Source of the DNA: Pyrinomonadaceae bacterium
GTDB lineage: Bacteria > Acidobacteriota > Blastocatellia > Pyrinomonadales > Pyrinomonadaceae
Assembly: GCA_021228405.1 (NCBI GenBank)
Contig: JAJQRF010000001.1
Span: 1,006,515-1,070,514 of the forward strand
Reading direction: 5' to 3'
Length of the DNA: 64,000 nucleotides
Both the position numbers and the translations under genes were made by a program. The notes under the pieces were generated by a model. That model did no database searches. It was not told where the DNA came from and saw nothing but the letters and a program-made list of their open reading frames with translations. Shown here piece by piece: positions 56,639 to 64,000 of the stretch (position 1 is the stretch's first letter; each line of letters opens with the position of its first letter).

Positions 56639-57193
56639 CTAACCGATCACATTCATTCTTTCCGTCACCGCGTCGCTGTGCGAAAGGTTCATTCCGAAGG
56701 CTTGCGCCAAAAATTCGGGATTGACAACTTCCGTGTAACGTTTCGTTTGTTCGGGAGTCATCACTTCGAGCATAAAACGGTCTTCGATCCAGACTTCGAT
56801 CAGTTGGAAAAGCCCGCCGCCGCGATTACAGGTCAGCACGCGCCAGCCTTCGCGGTCGGCAATTTCGCGAACCTGCGCTTCGTCGAGATCGGTGTTGATG
56901 TTCAGATGCGTCGGCGAATAACGCGGAACGAAATCGCTTTTTATGAATTTTGCTTCAAACTCTTCGGTTTCGGTCGTTGCGTCGAAATTTTCCCGCGACG
57001 GAAAACCTTCACCCGGGATGAGAATCGTATCGGCGGGCGTAACTTCGACCGCCGTTCCTCTGCCGTCGTTTGCCATCGTCATAAACGCGCCTTCACACGG
57101 CGGAAACGGGACGACGAATCCGTTCCATAATTCAGCCAAAACATTTGCGACCTTTTCGGGATTATTAACTGCGATAGAAATATGATTTATCAT
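56639..57193 (-). CDS. VOC/glyoxalase-like hypothetical protein
   Basis: MINHISIAVNNPEKVANVLAELW resembles a VOC-fold N-terminus. Weak. Confidence 0.45.
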   Translation of the reverse strand: MINHISIAVNNPEKVANVLAELWNGFVVPFPPCEGAFMTMANDGRGTAVEVTPADTILIPGEGFPSRENFDATTETEEFEAKFIKSDFVPRYSPTHLNINTDLDEAQVREIADREGWRVLTCNRGGGLFQLIEVWIEDRFMLEVMTPEQTKRYTEVVNPEFLAQAFGMNLSHSDAVTERMNVIG

Positions 57194-57317
57194 TACGTAA
57201 AAAAGCTCCTAAAAATTAGTTATAAAATCGGAACAATTTTGCTCCTCAATTTCCTAACGCGGATTCTTTTCGCAAAAAATATCAATTATTTTAATTGGTG
57301 ATTTTTTGAGAATTAGA

Positions 57318-57410
57318 TTTGCCCACGAAATACACGAAAGAAACGAAAAATAGGACAAATCTTTCTTCTTTTTCGTGCTTTTCGTGTATTTAGTGGGCAA
57401 AACCCTTTCT
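57318..57410. repeat. family A palindromic element
   Basis: TTGCCCACGAAATACACGAAAGAAACGAAAAA ... TTTCGTGCTTTTCGTGTATTTAGTGGGCAA. Confidence 0.7.
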
Positions 57411-57421
57411 CTTTATTTAGT

Positions 57422-58819
57422 TTAGAAAAGTTTTCCCTGTCCGAGCGTTTTCGTCCATTCGATGTATTTTTTCGAGTCGAACTTTTTGCCTGTCGAATTA
57501 CTCGTCATATAACGCATCGTGCCGAAAACGGGGCGTTCCATCCACGGGCGGTCGTGTTTGCCGAAACACCATAAAATTCCCGCGTAAGAGTTCGGGTTGC
57601 GACCGTCGAGGCAGTATTTGTTGTTGAGATGCACGAGAATCTCGAACGCTTCTTCGTAACTTTTCGTCCAACCGATGACGTTCTTTCCCCAGAGCATCCG
57701 CACATAGTTGTGAATTTCGCCCGTTTCGACCATTTCGCGCTGGGCGGCGTTCCAGAGTTCGTCGTAGGTCTTTGAAAATTCCAATTGTTCGAGCGAATAG
57801 ATTGGCGCGCGCGCGTCGTCGATGTGTTTACGCATCGTTTGCTGAACCCAATCGGGCAAAGATTTGAGCGAATCGTAATGCGGATTAAAGCGCGTCAGAT
57901 TGTAGGAAAGTTCGCGGCGCACGATGATTTCTTCGAGATAAGCGTCTTTCGATTCCTGTTTCGCGTCCGAATCTTTGACCGCCAGCGCGACTTCGAGCGA
58001 TGACAGAAAACCGAAATGCAAGTAAGCCGAAAGCCGCGAACTGCCGTCCTTTTCCGGTTTGTTTCGCGCTTCGTCGTAATCTTCGAGAATGTTTTTGAGG
58101 AATTTCTTTAAACGCCTGCGCCCGTTTTCGGTTCCGCCGCGGTAAAGAAAAGAAGGTTTGACCGAATGATCTATCGCGCATTCGGAAACCAGTTTTTCGA
58201 TTGTTTTTTCGTTTACATCCGTGTCGGGGCAATCGATCTTAAGCTTGTCGGCTTTCACCGAAACTTCCTTTTCAGCGAACGGTTTGAGATAATCGCCGAC
58301 CATTTTTCTGACCTTCGGGCGAATCGTGTAAGCCGCATATTCTTCCTTTTCAAAGCGCGACATCGGGATCACACCGTTTGAATCGACCGCGTAAACGGGA
58401 ATTTCTGATTTCTTTACAATGGCTTTGTTGTGATCGGGAATGATGAAACACGGAAAATCGTCCGTCACGATCAACGCCGCGTCTTTTGCCAGTTTCGCGA
58501 CCGTATCCTTCGGCGAATTTTCGTCTTTTTGCAGATAGAAAACGTATTTTATCCCGCGTTTTTCAAATTCCCCGCGTTTTTCCTCAACGCCTTCGAGAAT
58601 GAACGTGTGAAGCCTGTCCGATGCCCACGGGTAATAAAATTTCAGACCTTCGTAAACGACGAGCGGAATTTTGCGTTCGTTTGCCTGTTCGATGGCAAAA
58701 TTGAGCGCGTGATTGTGCGTCGTGCGCTTGAACATCTGCATCCAATACAGAACATATTTGCCGTCGTTGTTTGCGCTCTTTTCGTTTAAAAGTTGGACTC
58801 TTTCGCTGATTTGCTTCAT
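57422..58819 (-). CDS. class II CPD deoxyribodipyrimidine photolyase
   Basis: N-terminal YVLYWMQ and C-terminal GKHDRPWMERPVFGTMRYMT, matching class II photolyase termini. Confidence 0.85.
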   Translation of the reverse strand: MKQISERVQLLNEKSANNDGKYVLYWMQMFKRTTHNHALNFAIEQANERKIPLVVYEGLKFYYPWASDRLHTFILEGVEEKRGEFEKRGIKYVFYLQKDENSPKDTVAKLAKDAALIVTDDFPCFIIPDHNKAIVKKSEIPVYAVDSNGVIPMSRFEKEEYAAYTIRPKVRKMVGDYLKPFAEKEVSVKADKLKIDCPDTDVNEKTIEKLVSECAIDHSVKPSFLYRGGTENGRRRLKKFLKNILEDYDEARNKPEKDGSSRLSAYLHFGFLSSLEVALAVKDSDAKQESKDAYLEEIIVRRELSYNLTRFNPHYDSLKSLPDWVQQTMRKHIDDARAPIYSLEQLEFSKTYDELWNAAQREMVETGEIHNYVRMLWGKNVIGWTKSYEEAFEILVHLNNKYCLDGRNPNSYAGILWCFGKHDRPWMERPVFGTMRYMTSNSTGKKFDSKKYIEWTKTLGQGKLF

Positions 58820-58870
58820 ATTTAAAGTTAATTTTCACGCAAAGACGCAAAGTTCGCAAAGCCATAGTTT

Positions 58871-60019
58871 ATGAAAAAAATATTTGTTTTTATCTCTGTT
58901 CACCTGTGGACGATTTTTCTTTTTGTTTCCGTTTCCGCGCAGGATTTCAAAATGATTCAGGACGGCATCGAATACGCCGAGATGATTCGCGGAACAAAGG
59001 ATGCGCCGATTCGCGTCAATCTTTTAAGGCTCGATCTGACCAAAGTTCGACTCGACGTGGTTCACGCAACGGATTCGGCGATCGGCGTTGAAAAAACCTC
59101 TTCGATCGCCACCCGCCACGGCGCGATTGCAGCGATCAATGCGGGATTTTTCAGACTGGATTCAAGTATTTTCGCAGGCGACGCGGCGGGAGTTTTGCAG
59201 ATTGACGGAAAAGTTTTAAGTGAAAGTCAAAATGATCGAATCGCAATCGGAATCATTAACGGAAAAGATAAAACGGAAGTTGATTTCGCGCACGTCGAAA
59301 CAGACATCTGGTTTATAACCTTTACCGATCGGTATTTTGACATAAGCGGTATTAACCGCGAGCGAAAGGAAGAGGATGCAATCTTATATACACCTGAGTT
59401 TCATAGAACGACTCTGACAAATACTGATGGAACAGAACTTGTTTATGAATGTGCCCCTTGCAGGAAAAAAACTATCTATGAAAATAAAGGAAGCAATGTG
59501 ATTGCGCCGAATGGTTTCGTGGTTTCTTTCGGGAAAGATTACGATAAAGGAATTGTTGGACTCTTCAAAAAGCAACATTTAGGTGCTTGGGCAAGCGTCG
59601 GTGCCGCCGCACATTCAATTGAAAAAGAAAAACAAATGTTCTTTTCAAAAGCCGAAGACATCACGAACGGCGTGCCGCAATTAATTAAAAACGGCAAGAT
59701 CGAGATCACCTGGGAACAGGAAAAAGCGGCAAAGGCTTTTGTCGAGAATAAACATCCGCGCACGGCGGTTGCCAAACTCAAAGACGGAAAGTTTTTGATG
59801 GTGACGGTTGACGGCAGAAGTTTGAAAAGCGTCGGGATGAATTTGCAGGAGCTTGCCGAATTTCTGCTCGAACTCGGTGCGGTCGAGGCGATGAATCTCG
59901 ACGGCGGCGGCTCGACGACGATGTTTTTAGATGGAAAGGTCGTCAACAAACCTTCCGACAAAGAAGGCGAACGCAGAGTCAGCGACGCGATTCTGGTCAC
60001 ACTGCGGCGGAAAAGATAA
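58871..60019 (+). CDS. phosphodiester glycosidase family protein (DUF2233, uncovering-enzyme-like)
   Basis: Signal peptide. NLDGGGSTTM motif. Confidence 0.8.
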   Translation: MKKIFVFISVHLWTIFLFVSVSAQDFKMIQDGIEYAEMIRGTKDAPIRVNLLRLDLTKVRLDVVHATDSAIGVEKTSSIATRHGAIAAINAGFFRLDSSIFAGDAAGVLQIDGKVLSESQNDRIAIGIINGKDKTEVDFAHVETDIWFITFTDRYFDISGINRERKEEDAILYTPEFHRTTLTNTDGTELVYECAPCRKKTIYENKGSNVIAPNGFVVSFGKDYDKGIVGLFKKQHLGAWASVGAAAHSIEKEKQMFFSKAEDITNGVPQLIKNGKIEITWEQEKAAKAFVENKHPRTAVAKLKDGKFLMVTVDGRSLKSVGMNLQELAEFLLELGAVEAMNLDGGGSTTMFLDGKVVNKPSDKEGERRVSDAILVTLRRKR

Positions 60020-60025
60020 TTTAAT

Positions 60026-60247
60026 ATGAAGCACTTTCACTTTATCGTTCCAATACTGATTTTAGCGGCAGGAACTTATTTTTATTATCTGAGCGAAAAA
60101 CTAAGCAAGGAAGACGATCCGAACGAGGACGACGAAATACTTGCTAACAATCCCGAAGGTTTACGTGCGACTGCTGTGATTTTTTGGGTTATCGGGATGG
60201 TGATTTTAATTGCTATCGGGTGGCTTTATGTTTATCCGTTCAAGTGA
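60026..60247 (+). CDS. small two-TM membrane protein
   Basis: 73 aa, immediately downstream of the glycosidase. Confidence 0.4.
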   Translation: MKHFHFIVPILILAAGTYFYYLSEKLSKEDDPNEDDEILANNPEGLRATAVIFWVIGMVILIAIGWLYVYPFK

Positions 60248-60629
60248 TTATCTTCACCAAAACCTTTCTTTCCCTTGCCCCGTCAAATTCGCAGAGATAA
60301 ATTCCCTGCCAGCGTCCGAGCAGAAGTTTGCCGTTTTCAAACGGGATCGTCAGGCTGAAACCCATCAGCGAAGATTTGATGTGCGCGTCGGCATTATGCT
60401 CGAAATGACGAAAACCGTCGTAAAATTGCGGGATCGTATTCTTCAAAAATAATAAAATATCGTGCTTTACGTCAGGATCGGCGTTTTCGTTAATGGTCAA
60501 ACCGCAGGTCGTGTGTTGGGTGTATAAAACGCAGATGCCTTCGCCGCTTGCGGGAATTTCGCGCGCGACCTCGCGCGTGATCTCAACCAATTCTTCGCGC
60601 CGATTCGATTGCACTTTGATTGTTTTCAT
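60240..60629 (-). CDS. yjbQ: YjbQ-family secondary thiamine-phosphate synthase (UPF0047)
   Basis: TREVAREIPASGEGICVLYTQHTTCGLTINENADPDV..., the YjbQ signature. Confidence 0.85.
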   Translation of the reverse strand: MKTIKVQSNRREELVEITREVAREIPASGEGICVLYTQHTTCGLTINENADPDVKHDILLFLKNTIPQFYDGFRHFEHNADAHIKSSLMGFSLTIPFENGKLLLGRWQGIYLCEFDGARERKVLVKIIT

Positions 60630-60811
60630 ATCTTCCGATATTGATAAATCCGCGCCGAAATTTCAAATTACGTCTTCACAATCGCAAATCGGGACGACAA
60701 TTTCTTGAAACCGGAAGACAATTTTCACGATTTTGAACCGAAAAAAGTAAATTGTCAGCAGACATTTCGCGTTAGTCAGTTGACGGACGCAAAATGTCTG
60801 CTGACAATCCT

Positions 60812-60975
60812 CGTCTGTCAACCGACTAACTCCGTCCGTCAAACGACTAACTCACTCCGTCAACTGACATTTCTCACCAGTCAATTGACTAACTTCATCC
60901 GTCATTGACATTTTTCGTTCGTCAAACGACTAACTCCGTCCGTCAACTGACATTTTACGATTGTCATTTCTGTTC
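60812..60975. repeat. tandem array 4: about 8 copies of a 21-bp unit GTCAA(A/C)(C/T)GACTAACTCCGTCC, preceded by a 16-bp perfect inverted repeat
   Basis: Read directly. TTGTCAGCAGACATTT ... AAATGTCTGCTGACAA (about 60744-60810), then cgtcaaacgactaactccgtc-type units. Confidence 0.8.
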
Positions 60976-61138
60976 AGATATTTTTGGGAAACTGTGTGCA
61001 AAGTAAGACAAACTTCAGTTTGTCTGTCCGCATAACCTTACAAACTCTTAAAAAATTAAGAATTCGATTAGCCTGCGCATTGAACAAACTGAAGTTCGTT
61101 CGACCTTTTTACAGAATCTAAACTCAGTTTTTTTAAAC

Positions 61139-61360
61139 CTATTTGCGAAAGCGGCGCACGATCGAGAATAAAATAAGGCTGATAACTACTTCGACAACGG
61201 CGAGAATTACCAAAATAAGCGGCGCGGCATCGGTTTCCAGAATCGCAATGCCGTAACTTTCGTCGTTTACCCAAGCCGAATAGATCAGGATGAAGAAAAT
61301 GATAATGCCGAGCGAGATTGCCGCTAAAATGAGCGCGGTGATGATTAAAAAATAGTTCAT
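61139..61360 (-). CDS. small membrane protein (2 TM)
   Basis: Start taken at MNYFLIITALIL. The longer track ORF runs into the family A element. Confidence 0.4.
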   Translation of the reverse strand: MNYFLIITALILAAISLGIIIFFILIYSAWVNDESYGIAILETDAAPLILVILAVVEVVISLILFSIVRRFRK

Positions 61361-61429
61361 TGCCGACTTCAATTTAACATAAAAAACGCCAGTCCGGGAT
61401 AAGGAGGTTTTAGAAATTACATTCGATCC

Positions 61430-61522
61430 TGCCCGCGAAACACGCGAAGATCGTCGCTCCAAGATTGTAAAATGCGGGTTTCCTATTTCTTTTTTTCGTG
61501 TCTTTCGCGTGTTTCGCGGGTA
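61430..61522. repeat. family A palindromic element (CGCGAAA variant)
   Basis: CCCGCGAAACACGCGAAGATCG ... TTTCGTGTCTTTCGCGTGTTTCGCGGGTAA. Confidence 0.65.
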
Positions 61523-61611
61523 AATTTTCCTGATCCCGGATTCACGTTAAAAAAGTCTGACCGAATCAATCAGGTCAGACTTTTTATTGCAAATAAAATG
61601 CGTTTTGCTTT

Positions 61612-63798
61612 TTATCTGTTGCTGTCGAGTTTGACGATCTGCTCGACTTGAGTTTTCGGGGTCAATTCGGCGTGCGGTTTATTTGCCGTTTTGATGGCAA
61701 TATGCGGTGCGATAATCAGCGCAACGATGCTCATCAGTTTGATGAGAATGTTCATCGAAGGACCCGAAGTATCTTTGAACGGGTCGCCGACCGTATCGCC
61801 CGTCACGCTCGCTTTGTGCGCGTCAGAGCCTTTGTATTCCTTCTTGCCGTTGATCTCGACACCAGCCTCGAACGATTTCTTGGCGTTGTCCCACGCGCCG
61901 CCCGCGTTGTTCTGGAACATTCCCATCAAAACGCCCGAAACGGTCACGCCCGCGAGCAAACCGCCGAGCACTTCGGGTCCGAAAGCAAAGCCGACGATGA
62001 TCGGTGTTACCAGCGCGATTGCACCCGGAAGCATCATTTCCTTAAGCGATGCGGTCGTCGAAATGGCAACGCATTTGTCGTATTCGGGCTTGGCTTTGTA
62101 TTCCATAATGCCCGGAATTTCCTTAAACTGCCGTCTGACTTCCTGCACCATCGCCATTGCCGCACGACCAACCGCCGCGATTGCCAACGAGGAGAAAATG
62201 AAAGGAATCATCCCGCCGACGAATAATCCGGCAAGCACGTCCGCTTTGTAAATATCGATCGAATCGATTCCCGCCAGACCGACATACGCCGCAAACAATG
62301 CCAACGCCGTCAGTGCCGCCGAAGCGATCGCGAAACCTTTACCCGTCGCGGCGGTCGTGTTGCCGACCGCGTCCAAAATATCCGTTCTGCCTCGCACTTC
62401 TTTCGGCAATTGGCTCATTTCCGCGATTCCGCCCGCGTTATCCGCAATCGGTCCGAAAGCGTCGATCGCAAGCTGCATCGCGGTTGTCGCCATCATTCCC
62501 GCCGCCGCAATCGCCACGCCGTAAAGTCCTGCGAAATAGTGCGACAAATAAATGCCCGCCGCCAGAATGATCGTCGGAACCAAAGTCGATTCCATCCCGA
62601 CCGAAAGACCGCCGATGATGTTCGTCGCCGCGCCCGTGCTCGACTGCTGAACGATCGAATTAACGGGACGTTTGCCCATCGCCGTGTAAAATTCGGTTAC
62701 GACGCTCATCAGCGCGCCGACGATCGAACCGACCAAAATCGCCAGAAACACGCCCGTATTCGTAAAGTTAAATCCGCGCAAAGTCATCTGCGAAGGCATC
62801 ATCCACATCACGATAAAGTAACAGGCGACCGTCGTAATGATAACCGATGTCCAGTTTCCGATATTCAACGCCTTCTGAACGTTGCCTTTGTCGTCCGAAA
62901 TTCTGACCAGCGAACAGCCGATGATCGAAAAAACGATTCCGAGTCCGGCGATCAGCATCGGCAAAAGCATCGGCGAAAGTCCGCCGAAATTGTCGCGCAC
63001 GACGATTTCACGCCCGAGCACCATCGTGGCGAGAATCGTTGCGACGTAAGAGCCGAAAAGGTCTGCGCCCATTCCCGCCACGTCACCGACGTTATCGCCG
63101 ACGTTATCCGCGATCGTCGCCGGATTACGCACGTCGTCTTCGGGAATTCCCGCTTCGACCTTGCCGACCAAATCCGCGCCGACATCCGCCGCCTTCGTAT
63201 AAATTCCGCCGCCGACACGCGCAAAAAGCGCGATCGATTCGGCTCCGAGCGAAAATCCTGCGAGCACTTCGATGGCTTTTTCCATCGCCGCGCCGTTGAC
63301 CGTCGCGCCGGGAACGTTTACGACGTAGATTTTGTAGAAGATGATAAATAAAATGCTCAGACCTAAAACCGCGAGTCCGGCAACGCCGAGTCCCATTACG
63401 GTTCCGCCGGTAAACGCGACTTTGAGTGCGCTTTTGAGATCGGTTCGTGCGGCTTGAGTCGTTCTGACATTTGCTTTGGTCGCAATGTTCATTCCGAAAT
63501 ATCCGGCGGTCGCGCTAAAGACCGCACCGATCAGAAACGAAACCGCGATCACGGGCGAAGATGTTTCGACCAAGGTTCCCGACCAGCCGAGAACGATGGC
63601 GGCAACGATCGCAAAATAGGTCAGGATTTTCCATTCCGCCTTCAAAAATGCCATCGCACCTTCTGCGATATAAGATGAAAGCTCGACCATATTTGCTTCA
63701 CCGGTCGGCTGTTTGCTGACCCATGAAGACTTAAATGCCATAACAACTAATCCAAAAATCCCCAAAGCCGGGATCAGATAAAGAATTGTAGATTCCAT
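61612..63798 (-). CDS. hppA: membrane-bound H+/Na+-translocating pyrophosphatase (V-PPase)
   Basis: 728 aa, about 16 TM, with GGG..DN.GDNVGD and DVGADLVGKVE signature blocks. Confidence 0.95.
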   Translation of the reverse strand: MESTILYLIPALGIFGLVVMAFKSSWVSKQPTGEANMVELSSYIAEGAMAFLKAEWKILTYFAIVAAIVLGWSGTLVETSSPVIAVSFLIGAVFSATAGYFGMNIATKANVRTTQAARTDLKSALKVAFTGGTVMGLGVAGLAVLGLSILFIIFYKIYVVNVPGATVNGAAMEKAIEVLAGFSLGAESIALFARVGGGIYTKAADVGADLVGKVEAGIPEDDVRNPATIADNVGDNVGDVAGMGADLFGSYVATILATMVLGREIVVRDNFGGLSPMLLPMLIAGLGIVFSIIGCSLVRISDDKGNVQKALNIGNWTSVIITTVACYFIVMWMMPSQMTLRGFNFTNTGVFLAILVGSIVGALMSVVTEFYTAMGKRPVNSIVQQSSTGAATNIIGGLSVGMESTLVPTIILAAGIYLSHYFAGLYGVAIAAAGMMATTAMQLAIDAFGPIADNAGGIAEMSQLPKEVRGRTDILDAVGNTTAATGKGFAIASAALTALALFAAYVGLAGIDSIDIYKADVLAGLFVGGMIPFIFSSLAIAAVGRAAMAMVQEVRRQFKEIPGIMEYKAKPEYDKCVAISTTASLKEMMLPGAIALVTPIIVGFAFGPEVLGGLLAGVTVSGVLMGMFQNNAGGAWDNAKKSFEAGVEINGKKEYKGSDAHKASVTGDTVGDPFKDTSGPSMNILIKLMSIVALIIAPHIAIKTANKPHAELTPKTQVEQIVKLDSNR

Positions 63799-64000
63799 TT
63801 TGTTAAATTTTTACTGTTTTAAAATTATGAAGCTCTAATTTGGGCTAATGGAAATTAACCTTTCTAAAGCAAAAGGGTAATTATTGCCGTTTTAAATGAA
63901 AGATTCAAATTGATGAAGCGGTTAGACTTTGATTTTGAACACTTTTTGGGAATTTTTGCTATTTTTTGAGCAGAATCGTGACGGCGAAACCGTTCGGCGT

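Noticed and set aside
1-64000. tRNA, rRNA, tmRNA or riboswitch genes
   Set aside because: No cloverleaf-compatible sequences with T-loop GTTCRANYC motifs were found in intergenic regions. No TPP, SAM or cobalamin consensus cores were seen upstream of yjbQ, ttcA or others. Intergenic space is largely accounted for by palindromic repeats, arrays and terminators.

Overview
This 64-kb window is a bacterial chromosomal segment with moderate GC content. Most genes favour GC-rich third codon positions, with a few AT-rich islands. It contains no rRNA, tRNA or CRISPR, so the organism cannot be named from this sequence. I support about 55 protein-coding genes. Hand-derived coordinates for repeats, terminators and adjusted starts may be off by 1-2 nt, because my manual indexing drifted by one base from the ORF-track coordinates in places; ORF-track coordinates are taken as authoritative.

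Gene blocks:
- 0.4-4.7 kb: an aldehyde dehydrogenase (ALDH) translationally coupled to a small zinc-ribbon protein, a divergent Lrp/AsnC regulator, an EamA transporter and a thioredoxin-2.
- 5-9.7 kb: alanyl-tRNA synthetase (alaS) split into two ORFs by an 815-nt IS200/IS605-type tnpA element, with two AT-rich hypothetical genes immediately downstream.
- 9.9-11.7 kb: a signal-less M15 peptidoglycan peptidase with two PG-binding domains, followed by a small secreted protein.
- 11.9-30.7 kb: an almost single-strand Wzx/Wzy-type exopolysaccharide locus whose gene set resembles PEP-CTERM/exosortase-associated EPS clusters (no exosortase in the window). Members: GT2, a Tat-secreted protein, a GNAT-like protein, two FemAB/CelD-like acetyltransferases, a secreted glycosidase, GT26, an epimerase, a polysaccharide deacetylase, GT4, a Wzx flippase, a Wzy-like polymerase, the priming sugar transferase, a chain-length determinant and a Wza-like exporter.
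- 30.9-34.5 kb: a 733-aa flotillin-like SPFH protein with a triple internal repeat, a membrane partner, and recX.
- 34.5-64 kb: mixed housekeeping and accessory genes. These include truB, two paralogous esterases, an M43 metalloprotease, a class IV aminotransferase, two beta-lactamase-fold serine hydrolases, MTHFS, mscL, a bactofilin and ttcA. Also present are a Nif11-like 68-aa peptide whose gene overlaps a Stf0-type sulfotransferase, DUF962, yggX, a PflX-like radical SAM protein, DUF2721, an NHL-repeat thioredoxin-like protein, DUF2256, bpt, a class II photolyase, a phosphodiester glycosidase, yjbQ and the H+/Na+ pyrophosphatase.

The non-coding DNA is unusually repeat-rich:
- Four unrelated tandem arrays of 21-bp units (8-20 copies each).
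- At least 16 copies of three families of palindromic MITE/REP-like elements at gene ends, plus a minor fourth family.
- Several bidirectional rho-independent terminators.

The best candidates for something undescribed are the transposon-split (or intron-like) alaS, the Nif11-peptide/sulfotransferase pair and the 21-bp array system.
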